64,000 nucleotides of DNA from Minisyncoccota bacterium. Its GTDB lineage: Bacteria > Patescibacteriota > Minisyncoccia > Phycocordibacterales > PALSA-1337. The translations under genes and the position numbers were made by a program. Every line of letters starts with the position of its first letter. Within the stretch, counting starts at the first letter, position 1. The notes below the pieces were generated by a model, which ran no database searches, was not told the DNA's origin, and was given only the letters and a program-made list of their open reading frames with translations. The stretch lies in assembly GCA_041666915.1 (NCBI GenBank), contig JBAYFZ010000001.1:137086-201085 (forward strand), given 5' to 3'. Positions 1 through 11,313 of the stretch are shown one piece after another.

Positions 1-2160
<2,160 letters not shown>

Positions 2161-2163
2161 TAT

Positions 2164-2192
2164 TGGTTCGACAGGCTCACCATAAGATGGTT
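2164..2192 (+). repeat. Intergenic copy of the 29-nt repeat
   Basis: tggttcgacaggctcaccataagatggtt directly after the gyrB stop. Confidence 0.8.
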
Positions 2193-2244
2193 GACATACT
2201 CATCAATCGGAGTAACCTTCTAGTTAAAAGAAAGGAGGTGCTTT

Positions 2245-2637
2245 ATGGCATCATTCAGTGAATTAGTTGAGCTCTTTGAAAAAGGAGAATTAGGAAAATT
2301 GTTGGCCAGCACCTTCAATGGTGAATGTGGCCCAGTGTATCGTTGCAATGAAGATCCTGAGCTTTTGGTTAAATTTAGTATTGGACAAGAAGCTCCTCAG
2401 GTTGATTTGTTGCGCATGGCTATTGAAAAATATTACATGAGAATGGGTTACTTCTTGGTTTTCAATGCGGTTCACAATCCAAACCAACTTGAATTTTTTG
2501 TATTTTTTCAATCAAAAGGGAGAGGATCGGTTAATGTTACTATTACCATTAATAACCATCCTACTCCGGTCATTGGTCAAGGTTACGCTATTTTGTGTTC
2601 CAGTTTACGAGTTACTAGCAAAATCTTCGAACCCTGA
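2245..2637 (+). CDS. Hypothetical protein
   Basis: 130-aa ORF with strong SD aaggaggtg and TTGACA..TAACCT promoter-like sequence upstream. Confidence 0.7.
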   Translation: MASFSELVELFEKGELGKLLASTFNGECGPVYRCNEDPELLVKFSIGQEAPQVDLLRMAIEKYYMRMGYFLVFNAVHNPNQLEFFVFFQSKGRGSVNVTITINNHPTPVIGQGYAILCSSLRVTSKIFEP

Positions 2638-2688
2638 TATTGCTCGCAGTAACTCTCATAGTCCCGATGTTAATCCTCGGGACTTTTT

Positions 2689-3162
2689 TTACGCCGTCTT
2701 AACTTTCAATTTGGATTTTCTCTTTTTATCTAACTTAGGTAATTTCAAAATCAAAAGGCCATGCTTTTCTATAGCTTCAGCTTCGTCCACATCAATCTCA
2801 ACGGGTAGAGTGACCGTTCTGGAGAAAGAACCCCAATATAATTCTCTAGTGAAAAAATCATCATCACTGGCGATTTGTTCTTCTTCACGTTTGCCACGGA
2901 TAGTTACAAGGTCACGAGTTATAGAAATATCCAGATCTTCTGGTCTAACGCCAGCAATCATAGACTTGATGACGATCATCTCTGGAGTTTGGTATACATC
3001 AACAGTCAATTCGCCCTCTTGTTCAGTCTCTTTGTCTGTCCATGAAGTATCTTCATCGTCGTCTTTGCGTAGTTTTGCAGATAGGGAAGATTCGCTATCG
3101 TCTTTTTGTAAGCGAACTGATCCGGTGAGCCTTTCAAAGAATGAGGGTTTATCTTTTGACAT
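2689..3162 (-). CDS. Hsp20/alpha-crystallin small heat shock protein
   Basis: VDVYQT...AGVRPEDLDISI...RELYWGSFSRTVTLP...GLLILKLPK. Confidence 0.93.
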   Translation of the reverse strand: MSKDKPSFFERLTGSVRLQKDDSESSLSAKLRKDDDEDTSWTDKETEQEGELTVDVYQTPEMIVIKSMIAGVRPEDLDISITRDLVTIRGKREEEQIASDDDFFTRELYWGSFSRTVTLPVEIDVDEAEAIEKHGLLILKLPKLDKKRKSKLKVKTA

Positions 3163-3202
3163 GGTTATTATAAAAAAGTTCTAAAGTTACCTGTTGATTA
3201 TA

Positions 3203-3889
3203 TCAAGATAATTTGGGTTTGACTACTTTTATCTCTTCAAACAAGATCATGAGAATAACAACTGCTCCCCAAACCCATGTGAAAGCCTTCAAAGTTTCAG
3301 TGGCAGTACCGTTAATTATAGACAAATTGAAAGCGGCATGCAATGTTATAGCTGCGGATAAGCCGACGATAATAGCGATTGCTTTTGCAACATATCCTTT
3401 GTAAAAAACATAACCCAAACCAAATCCTACTACTGCTGAACTGACTATGTGTACAAGAGTTGCACCCATAAATCTCATATTGCCAGTGATTATACTTTGA
3501 GCGATTTCTCCTCCGGTCAATGGTTGGAGTAAAAAGAAAGTGTTTTCTAAAGCTGCGAACCCTAAGGCTACAACTATGCAATAAACCATGGCGTCTATCG
3601 GTTCGTCATTGTAATCAGCGTTCAGTGCTATTACTGCTACTGCAATGAATTTGAATATTTCTTCAATTCCAGCCCAAAGAGTGTATTGAAGTGATGAATT
3701 GAGATGGAGATTTGCAATATATTGTTCGGCAAAAATTGCGGCAATAACTGCTAATGTGCCACCTAGAAAAGTTGCTGTTAGAAGTCCACGCGGTTCAGGG
3801 TTTGCATCTTCACGAATCCAAAACCAAATCCAAATTAGTGAAGGGAGAAGTCCTGCCAAAAGGGCATAAACGAGAGTTGTAAAAGACAT
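3203..3889 (-). CDS. PrsW-family intramembrane metalloprotease
   Basis: EPR, EEIFK, GFAALEN, H...LHAAFN motifs; start moved to MSFTT, which has TATAAT 6 nt upstream. Confidence 0.9.
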   Translation of the reverse strand: MSFTTLVYALLAGLLPSLIWIWFWIREDANPEPRGLLTATFLGGTLAVIAAIFAEQYIANLHLNSSLQYTLWAGIEEIFKFIAVAVIALNADYNDEPIDAMVYCIVVALGFAALENTFFLLQPLTGGEIAQSIITGNMRFMGATLVHIVSSAVVGFGLGYVFYKGYVAKAIAIIVGLSAAITLHAAFNLSIINGTATETLKAFTWVWGAVVILMILFEEIKVVKPKLS

Positions 3890-4159
3890 GCGTATATTAT
3901 AAAGGAATTGAAAGGAATGACCAAGGAAAAATGGGTATAAAAAAGGGAGAAGCCACACAGCTTCTCCCCATCTTATTTTCGCGGCACACAATTTCGCGAA
4001 AATAAGATTTGACACCATTATAACACCCCTCTTGACAAATGTCCAGTTATTTGATAGTAATAGGGAAGATTCAAACTTTGAAATAGAACCGCAAAAAGAC
4101 TGTGTTCTTGGAAGAATACGTCTGTTTAGCGGTATTTCAACAAAAAAGAAAGACAAAAA

Positions 4160-5194
4160 ATGAAAAAAGTAATGCTAGCGTTGTCGGTTATTGGTCTGTT
4201 ATCAGTAAATCTGATGGCAGAGACTCAGCCTTCTGTGGGAAATCCTACGGTTGGTGATTCTGTAAGTACGGCGCCTAACGTTAAATCAATTGGTGCGCCT
4301 CCACGTTTCAATAGTTTGGTTAAGACACCCATCTCTTCGTTGGGTGGCACGATTGGGAATGTGACCGTAACCCCAGTTTTGGGACCTACGATGTCATCGG
4401 TATCATGGTCTTCGTTTGCTACCAAGTTGGTGGCGGACGCACGTAACCGGTCGGTGAAATTGTCACCAACGGTAATCACTGACCCGACAGATTATACAGT
4501 TTGTTATGGTAAGGTTAGCTGGTCAAACTTAATCTATTCTACGTCCAGCGCGATGTGGGGTGGCAAGTTAAATCCAGCGTCGCCGTTCCAGAATGAAAAG
4601 GGGCAAATAGTGTCCCAGCTGGTTCAAGCGGAATCAGTCAGTGGAGATAATACGATCTCTATGTCAATGCTCAGTGTAAGCTGTGAGTCGTCTGATGGTG
4701 GCAATATCTTGGGAGACCAAATATTGTTCATTCCGGCAGATTACAGCTCATTAGCTATTGGTATCCGGTCTGACGGTACAGTGATTACAAGTGGTCGTAG
4801 CGATCAAAAAGTCGCTCGAATTATCTTGATTACTTCAATGAAGCTATTCAATGGAGGTGCGAATCAAGCCGGCCTTGATCAAGTAGAGAATTGGGTAGCT
4901 GGTAAGGGTAACTTTACCATCACCTATTCAGCCCAAATCATTGGTGATGCTGGCTCCACTGCGTTTGCTCCAGTGAGCATTCTTGGTTACAGCAACGTTA
5001 GGCCGTTGGTTAGTATCAATCGTCAGTCCGGAGTCATCTCTGTAACTGGTGGCGAAAATCGTTATTATTCCATCATGACTACCACCGATCTTAACGGGTC
5101 GTCGTGGCAGTCGGCTGGCTCAGTCTATGGGAATGGAAACATCCCAATGACCTTTACCGGAAACCGTAAGTTTTTCCGCGCTGTGGCCCAGTAA
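4160..5194 (+). CDS. Secreted hypothetical protein
   Basis: Signal peptide MKKVMLALSVIGLLSVNLMA; 344 aa; followed by a terminator hairpin. Confidence 0.8.
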   Translation: MKKVMLALSVIGLLSVNLMAETQPSVGNPTVGDSVSTAPNVKSIGAPPRFNSLVKTPISSLGGTIGNVTVTPVLGPTMSSVSWSSFATKLVADARNRSVKLSPTVITDPTDYTVCYGKVSWSNLIYSTSSAMWGGKLNPASPFQNEKGQIVSQLVQAESVSGDNTISMSMLSVSCESSDGGNILGDQILFIPADYSSLAIGIRSDGTVITSGRSDQKVARIILITSMKLFNGGANQAGLDQVENWVAGKGNFTITYSAQIIGDAGSTAFAPVSILGYSNVRPLVSINRQSGVISVTGGENRYYSIMTTTDLNGSSWQSAGSVYGNGNIPMTFTGNRKFFRAVAQ

Positions 5195-5221
5195 GGCACA
5201 GAAAATAGTACATTCATGCAG

Positions 5222-5259
5222 AAATCCCCTCAAGACCTCAGGTCCTGGGGGATTTTTTT
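5222..5259 (+). terminator. Intrinsic terminator
   Basis: aaatcccc...ggggattttttt hairpin with T tract. Confidence 0.7.
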
Positions 5260-5414
5260 ACATAAAAACAGCTTGACTAGGTCGGACCTCGTAATCCCCG
5301 ATATTTGACCTCATCAGAGTTCAACCCTTGACAAAGTTGGCTATATAGTATAGTATACTGATTAATACTGTAATTTCAGTATGTTTAGTATTAACAGAAA
5401 AAACCTTATATTAT

Positions 5415-6257
5415 ATGAATAAAAACATTATAACCTATGTAACAGTTGCTTCTCTCGCCTTCATTCCGATGGTGACTTTTGCGGCTGACCCTTCTGTTGG
5501 AGGTTCATTCTCAACAGCTGATCCTAGTACAGGATCTTCATCTTCTACTGCTGATCCTTCTACAGGAGGTTCAGCTTCTACTGCTAATCCACCAACAGGT
5601 GGTTCAGGCTCAACAGCTGCTCCAGCTGGTTCTACAGGTGGAGGTTCCACTGGTGGTTCTACAGGCTCATCTGGTTCTTCCGGCTCATCTAGTGGAAGAA
5701 GTTCTTCAGGTGGAGGTCGTTCCTTCAATCCTTATTGCACACTTATTACCAGTTACATGAAACTTGGTGCAAACAATGATTCTGCTCAAGTTACAAAACT
5801 TCAGAATTTTCTCAAGAATACTGAAAAGCTTGACGTTGATGTAAACGGTATCTTTGATACAAAGACCGAAACAGCCGTCAAATCTTTCCAGAATAAATAT
5901 TCTGCTGAAACTATGGGTCCTTGGGGTGTTAAAGAAGGTAATGGTAATGTCTTTATGACAACTGTAAAGAAGATCAATCAGATCGCTTGCAACCAACCTC
6001 TTACACTCAATCCTTCTGAATTAGCTATAATCAATTCTTATAGAATGGGTAATAGATCTGTAAATTCAACTGGTCCTACTATTGAGATAAAGGCAACTCC
6101 TGTCTCAACTGACGGTGAGGATAATCTTAAGAAAGATGATAGCGAAACTATTGAAGTCGGTAGTGTTGATGAAAATAAAAATTCTAATACTGCCAGTGTT
6201 GGAGACGCTTCTATCTTGAAACGTTTCTGGAACTTCGTCCTCTTCTTGTTCCGTTAA
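5415..6257 (+). CDS. Secreted peptidoglycan-binding-domain protein with S/T/G-rich 11-aa repeats
   Basis: Signal peptide; ADPSTGGSxST-type repeats; PG-binding motif VTKLQNFL..DVNGIFDTKTETAVKSFQ. Confidence 0.85.
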   Translation: MNKNIITYVTVASLAFIPMVTFAADPSVGGSFSTADPSTGSSSSTADPSTGGSASTANPPTGGSGSTAAPAGSTGGGSTGGSTGSSGSSGSSSGRSSSGGGRSFNPYCTLITSYMKLGANNDSAQVTKLQNFLKNTEKLDVDVNGIFDTKTETAVKSFQNKYSAETMGPWGVKEGNGNVFMTTVKKINQIACNQPLTLNPSELAIINSYRMGNRSVNSTGPTIEIKATPVSTDGEDNLKKDDSETIEVGSVDENKNSNTASVGDASILKRFWNFVLFLFR

Positions 6258-6305
6258 TTATCTAAACATACTGTAAACAAAAACTCCCCGCAATGGGGAT
6301 TTTTG

Positions 6306-7520
6306 TTATAAACTTTTCGTACCCTGAGCGCGGAGACTAGCTGTATACTCTTTTTCGTCCAATGACCCCGCCAAAGCAATCATAAGAGCATTGTCTCCAG
6401 AAATATGATTTGAAGGTAGATATAGTGGAATATCAAATTCTTTGGCTGTATTCTCAAATGCTTTACGTAAAGTCTTGTTTGCACTTACACCACCTCCGAC
6501 AATAATAGTCTTTGCTCCGGTGTTTTCTATAGCAGAACGAAGTTTTGTATCCAAAGTTATTTTGACTGATTCTTCAAATTCCTTAGCCAATCCTTTTTTG
6601 AAATTATCATCTAATTTGCCATTTTCTTTTTCATAATTTCTAACAGCGTACATGACGGCAGTTTTCAATCCTGAGAATGAAAAATTCAGATCACCACTGT
6701 GAAGCATTGGTCTAGGTAATTTTACAATTGAGACGATCTTTTCTTCTTCTGCTTCGCCGGCCAACTTGCTTACATGAGGACCGCCAGGATATGGAAGTCC
6801 CAAAAGTCTTGCAACTTTGTCAAAAGCTTCGCCGACTGCATCATCTTTGGTTTGACCAAGAATGTTGTAACCAAGTGAGTTTTTGTCGGTTTTGATCTCT
6901 ACAAGTTCAGTGTGTCCACCACTTATGAGTAAAGCTATCGCAGGGAATGCTAGAGGTTTGAGTTTCTGCCATTCACCATGATGTTTGTCTGATTCTAATA
7001 ATGAACCTACGACATGACCTTCCATGTGGTTTACGGGGACGATCGGTATAGACCAAAGTCTAGAGAGTATTTGCCCAAAAATGATACCAACCCATAATGC
7101 TGGTTCAAGACCGGGTCCTTCGGTAACTGCTATACGGTCTATGTGAGGAATTGTTTTCAAGAATTCAACCTTCGCAAATGTTGTCATCAGATCTGAATTT
7201 CTTGCAGAAAAATCTGATTGGAATTGATTCATTCTCAAAGAGAATTGTTCATCGCTCAATAATTCATTTTTTGAATCGTAAATTGCTGACGTGGATTCAT
7301 CCAGTATTTTTTTGAGTAATGGTAACAAGTTTTTACCATGTTCACGTTTTGCTAGGGAAGGAAAGACCCCGCCAAAAGGACGGTGTAATTCGGCCTGTGA
7401 GTGTACCAATGAAGAAATGACGCGACATTCAAATATGCCGTCATTTGCGCGTGTTTCTATGAGTGCCAAAGCTGTCTCATCGCAACTGGTTTCTATACCT
7501 AGGGTGATCATAATGAACAT
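6306..7520 (-). CDS. tsaD: tRNA N6-threonylcarbamoyltransferase TsaD
   Basis: LGIETSCDET, GPGL, VNHMEGH, LISGGHT, DDAVGEAFDK, SFSGLKT, GGVSAN, DNALMIA. Confidence 0.96.
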   Translation of the reverse strand: MFIMITLGIETSCDETALALIETRANDGIFECRVISSLVHSQAELHRPFGGVFPSLAKREHGKNLLPLLKKILDESTSAIYDSKNELLSDEQFSLRMNQFQSDFSARNSDLMTTFAKVEFLKTIPHIDRIAVTEGPGLEPALWVGIIFGQILSRLWSIPIVPVNHMEGHVVGSLLESDKHHGEWQKLKPLAFPAIALLISGGHTELVEIKTDKNSLGYNILGQTKDDAVGEAFDKVARLLGLPYPGGPHVSKLAGEAEEEKIVSIVKLPRPMLHSGDLNFSFSGLKTAVMYAVRNYEKENGKLDDNFKKGLAKEFEESVKITLDTKLRSAIENTGAKTIIVGGGVSANKTLRKAFENTAKEFDIPLYLPSNHISGDNALMIALAGSLDEKEYTASLRAQGTKSL

Positions 7521-7566
7521 TACTATAGCAGGATTCTTTCTTTACGGGAACGGTGTGGGAATGGAA

Positions 7567-7965
7567 TTATTTTTTCTCTTTTATCTCAACTTCTCCCTTG
7601 GCGTAGTCAAATTTGATGATGAATTTATCAAAAAATCCTTTTTGTCCAACAATACCATACGAAACAATATTGCCACCTAGATTTGGCATGAATCCGACAT
7701 CTGTTTCAAACGATTTGTTACCAATTTTCAAAGTTACCTCATGATCATAATATAGAGAAATTTTACCACCAACACCAAAAACTTCTTTTGTTTTACTATT
7801 GTCTGTGCGAATACCTATTTTTTCACCAATCTCTGTATCAAAGAAACAATGATCAGAACCAGAATCAATTAACACTTCGTATCTGACACACTTACCAGAG
7901 TGCTCTAACGTTACAGGGACGACTGGTCTCAAAGCGTTTCCGTATTCCTTATACTTAAACTTCAT
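7567..7965 (-). CDS. Retropepsin-like aspartyl protease
   Basis: LIDSGS catalytic motif, flap GVGG, C-terminal GIVGQKGFF. Confidence 0.8.
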   Translation of the reverse strand: MKFKYKEYGNALRPVVPVTLEHSGKCVRYEVLIDSGSDHCFFDTEIGEKIGIRTDNSKTKEVFGVGGKISLYYDHEVTLKIGNKSFETDVGFMPNLGGNIVSYGIVGQKGFFDKFIIKFDYAKGEVEIKEKK

Positions 7966-8162
7966 AACGCGCCTCCAGCATAAGCTGATAGGCTAGGTGG
8001 CATTCGTGTAAAGATGGGATGGTCATACCCCTTTTTTTGAGCCATATCACTCGCTTCTTTCAAAGTTTTGCCGTGACCGACGACAGTTATTTCATCGTCA
8101 AGTAAAGCGACCCAAAGTCCCTTGTATTTTTTGTATATTTTAGTCCAGTTGATTGCTGACAT
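7962..8162 (-). CDS. Small DUF5678-like protein
   Basis: KYKGLWVAL..VVGHGKTLKEA pattern; stop overlaps the protease start. Confidence 0.7.
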   Translation of the reverse strand: MSAINWTKIYKKYKGLWVALLDDEITVVGHGKTLKEASDMAQKKGYDHPIFTRMPPSLSAYAGGAL

Positions 8163-8214
8163 GATTCAATTTTATCAGTCACAAAAACTTCGTCAATATT
8201 GACTATAAAAATAT

Positions 8215-8392
8215 TTTGTGCGCGATACAGGATTCTTTCCCTACGGGAACGGTATAGCCTTCACATTTTCTCAGACTCGACAAGCTCGTCCTCGAAAATA
8301 TGTTCAGACTTTTCGAATCCTGCCACAAGTGCCGTAGGGCACTTGTTATCGCGCACAAATAAAAAAATCGCTCGATGCGATTTTCTTATTTG
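8215..8392 (-). repeat. tRNA-Val 3'-anchored structured element with inverted and direct copies of the tRNA 3' end
   Basis: tttgtgcgcgatacaggattc at 8215-8235 duplicates the tRNA end; inverted copy ttcgaatcctg..tatcgcgcacaaataa at about 8312-8362. Confidence 0.8.
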
Positions 8393-8465
8393 TGCGCGAT
8401 ACAGGATTCGAACCTGTGACCCTCCCCACGTCAAGGGGATGCTCTACCAACTGAGCTAACCGCGC
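8393..8465 (-). tRNA. tRNA-Val(GAC)
   Basis: GCGCGGT/ATCGCGC acceptor stem; TCCCC-TTGACGT-GGGGA anticodon arm; GGTTCGAATCC; CCA not encoded. Confidence 0.96.
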
Positions 8466-8500
8466 ATTTTTGTTACCGCTCAACTCTACCAAAACTTTGC

Positions 8501-9601
8501 CTAAAAATCCATCGGTCCCGAGTTCACGGTTACGTTGCGACGTGAGGCGGTGGAAGTTTCGTAAATCTTGATTTGTTCAATAGTAAACTTTCCTAATTTT
8601 TTTGTAAGGCGTAATTCTACAATATTACCTTTCATAACTTCTGGAGAAAAATATTGATCAAAAAGGAGGTTGCCTATTGAATAGAAAACAGGGACGTCAC
8701 CCATAAAAGAGTGTTCCAAAGTTACATGAGGGTGACCGCCGATTATTGCACTTGCGCCGACCGATACCAACGATCTGGCTTGCGACCTCATCATAGGAGA
8801 AGAACTGGTTGAATATTCTGTACCCCAGTGTGGCATTACGATGACAAAGTAACCATGGTCGGATAATCTTTTTACATCATCTAGTATCCTATCAAAACCC
8901 GGTTGAAAAGCGTGGTAACCGACGAAAGCAACAGTAATATCATTTTTAGTTATAACTGCTTCTGTGGAGCTTGCATTACGAGAATCGCCAAACCATTGGA
9001 GTCCGGATTTTGATAGCCATTTTTTTGTTTCTTCTAGTCCAGAAAGCCCGAAGTTGTCGGTATGATTGTTGGCTAAGCTGAGTAGAGTTATTCCTGTTTT
9101 TGTTAGTGTCTCAGTGACTTTTGGTTCAAATGTAAAAGTAAGTTCCTTGGAAATTTTTCCATTTGGTAAAAGAGTTTTTGATGGATTGGAAGTGATAGGT
9201 CCTTCTAGATTTGCTACGACAATATCAGCTTGTTTGAAAAGTTGTACAGTAGTAGAAGCAAAGAGGGAATCGTAGCCGTATTGTTGACCAAGCCTACGTA
9301 CACCACGGTCCATCATGATGTCGCCACCGATCATTATTGTAAGGGAAGAAGTTGATGGAGTTTTCGTTGTTATAGGAGTTGACTCTGATTGTTTGGAAGT
9401 ATCTGGGATTTCGGAAGATACGGAAATAGGTTGCTGATTTGATGATGTAATATTTTGTATGGCGACACTGACACTAGCGGGCATATTGCTTGCTTTGAAA
9501 CCTTGCAAGCCCACCCACAAAGAACCCCAACCGAATACAACAACTAGTATTGTGTAGAAGATCTTGGCTTTATCTATTGATTTTGGTTCTTCATTATCCA
9601 T
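8501..9601 (-). CDS. CapA/PGA_cap family metallophosphatase-fold protein
   Basis: GDIMMDR, ANLEGP, LANNHTDNFG, PHWGTEY, IGGHPH, YSIGN. Confidence 0.92.
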   Translation of the reverse strand: MDNEEPKSIDKAKIFYTILVVVFGWGSLWVGLQGFKASNMPASVSVAIQNITSSNQQPISVSSEIPDTSKQSESTPITTKTPSTSSLTIMIGGDIMMDRGVRRLGQQYGYDSLFASTTVQLFKQADIVVANLEGPITSNPSKTLLPNGKISKELTFTFEPKVTETLTKTGITLLSLANNHTDNFGLSGLEETKKWLSKSGLQWFGDSRNASSTEAVITKNDITVAFVGYHAFQPGFDRILDDVKRLSDHGYFVIVMPHWGTEYSTSSSPMMRSQARSLVSVGASAIIGGHPHVTLEHSFMGDVPVFYSIGNLLFDQYFSPEVMKGNIVELRLTKKLGKFTIEQIKIYETSTASRRNVTVNSGPMDF

Positions 9602-9705
9602 CAGTTTTCAATATGCGGATAGGTGAATTATAGCATGTGGGGGAGGGTTTTTAATATAAAAAAACAGGTCTAGATTTTCATCTAAACCTGTCTGTGAATA
9701 CAATT

Positions 9706-10254
9706 TCACTTTAGTAGCCACGGAATGACTAGAAGTGAACAACCGATAATATTTACTCCAGAGTATAGTCTATCTTCAAGTGTCCAAGCTTTTGCGGAGA
9801 CAAATGCAAGAGTGTTGGAAAGAAGAAATCCTGAATTAGGAATGATGGGGCTACTTTCTGGTGATTTCCAAGTCATTACCATAAATGGTATGAAGGCAAT
9901 AGACGATGCTGTTATTGATAATATCAATGCCAGTTTCGGTCCATTTGTGAGCCAAAGAATTACGCATAACATCACCATGATGGCGATGAGGCTATCCAAC
10001 CCTGACCACGCACATCTTCCTTTGAAGAGAAGAATGATTGTCGTAATTGAAGCACCCGTGCCGTAGACCATGGGAATCGCTGGATTCGCTTTTTGTTTTA
10101 ACATCGTAAAGCATGTTATCCAAGCTAACATGGACCAGAGTCCAAAAGTTGTTAATGACAAACCTTCGCCAGTCCCTTTTGCTGTTGCAATGATCATGTA
10201 GAGGTATGCAGATACACCCGCTACTATACCTAGTATGTTTAAATTTTTCTTCAC
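9706..10254 (-). CDS. Multi-pass membrane hypothetical protein
   Basis: 182 aa with about 6 hydrophobic segments; TTGACA..TATGAT promoter-like sequence upstream. Confidence 0.75.
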   Translation of the reverse strand: MKKNLNILGIVAGVSAYLYMIIATAKGTGEGLSLTTFGLWSMLAWITCFTMLKQKANPAIPMVYGTGASITTIILLFKGRCAWSGLDSLIAIMVMLCVILWLTNGPKLALILSITASSIAFIPFMVMTWKSPESSPIIPNSGFLLSNTLAFVSAKAWTLEDRLYSGVNIIGCSLLVIPWLLK

Positions 10255-10325
10255 AAGTCATGTCTTTCGTTGATTGTTTGAACCTACTGCTTTTATTATC
10301 ATAGCACGTAGTTTGTGTAGGTGTC

Positions 10326-10475
10326 AACTATAGGGGAACCGGTCACGCGTATTTTTCTGCTGAAAAATCGCGCGACCCCGACTCGCTCGCCTTCGCGAGC
10401 TCCGTCTTTCGATTCTGAAAAAGAGCAATACCCATTGCTCTTTTTCACTACAAAATTTTACTTCGTAAATTTTTG
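10326..10475 (-). repeat. tRNA-Glu 3'-anchored structured element
   Basis: Hairpin, interrupted inverted tRNA end (ttcgattc..ctacaaaa), GC-rich stems and degenerate direct copy ctataggggaa. Confidence 0.7.
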
Positions 10476-10547
10476 TAGCCCTACGGGGAATCGAACCCCG
10501 ATTACCGCCTTGAAAAGGCGATGTCCTAACCGTTAGACGATAGGGCC
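10476..10547 (-). tRNA. tRNA-Glu(TTC)
   Basis: GGCCCTA/TAGGGCT acceptor stem; TCGCC-TTTTCAA-GGCGG anticodon arm; GGTTCGATTCC. Confidence 0.96.
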
Positions 10548-10603
10548 ATGGACTAGATACTACTATTTTTTCATGATTTTGGCAAAAGTGCTATGATGAT
10601 ACG

Positions 10604-11017
10604 ATGACTACGAGGAATGTGTCTGTTCTCATACTTTATAGTAAAGGTAAAATACTATTACAAAAACGTGCCAAGACTGCCAAGAGATTTCCTTGTCGTT
10701 GGGGACTTTTTGGTGGAGGTATAGAGAAAAAAGAGACACCAAAAGCTACTTTGAAAAGGGAAATTATGGAGGAATTAGGTTTGAAATTGACTACTCCCAA
10801 ATTCTTCAAAGAGTATCCATATATTTTGGATGATGTGGGAGAAAGAGGGGATATCTCAGTTTATTTTCATGAGTATAGCAAAGAGAAACTTTATTTAAGG
10901 GAAGGGGAACAAATGAAATGGGTCAGTCTACCGGAAGCTCTCAATTTAGATCTGCATCCGATCTATAGGGATATAATAGAAGATATTGGGAAGAGAGCTG
11001 GTTCTGTGTTATCGTAA
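10604..11017 (+). CDS. NUDIX hydrolase
   Basis: Nudix box GGIEKKETPKATLKREIMEELG. Confidence 0.92.
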   Translation: MTTRNVSVLILYSKGKILLQKRAKTAKRFPCRWGLFGGGIEKKETPKATLKREIMEELGLKLTTPKFFKEYPYILDDVGERGDISVYFHEYSKEKLYLREGEQMKWVSLPEALNLDLHPIYRDIIEDIGKRAGSVLS

Positions 11018-11029
11018 ATTCGTTACCAT

Positions 11030-11116
11030 GGAGAGGTGGCAGAGTGGTCGAATGCACCACTTTCGAAAAGTGGCAGGCTCGCAAGAGCCTCGGGAGTTCG
11101 AATCTCCCCCTCTCCG
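11030..11116 (+). tRNA. tRNA-Ser(CGA)
   Basis: GGAGAGG/CCTCTCC stem; CCACT-TTCGAAA-AGTGG; long variable arm; G discriminator. Confidence 0.95.
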
Positions 11117-11313
11117 CAACGAGCTAACTGATGAGAGATTGAATTATTCGGAAATTCCGAATAATTCAAAAAGAGAGCGGTGGGGTGGTAGAAAGGAATA
11201 TTGCAACTACTAAGGAATCCTTAGTAGTTCAAAAGCTTGATTACGTAGAAGATGAGATTGTCATAACTAGTGAAAAATATACCCTCTTTATGCTAAGATG
11301 TTTTGGTAACCAT

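Noticed and set aside
2465-3184. 239-aa plus-strand ORF and other antisense ORFs in the track
   Set aside because: Shadows of well-supported genes on the opposite strand, with no recognisable motifs
5482-5720. 33-nt tandem repeats as a DNA-level element
   Set aside because: Explained by an 11-aa S/T/G-rich linker repeat with synonymous variation
8199-8459. ORFs over tRNAs (8199-8459, 10321-10536, 10986-11213)
   Set aside because: They overlap tRNA genes and their structured flanks
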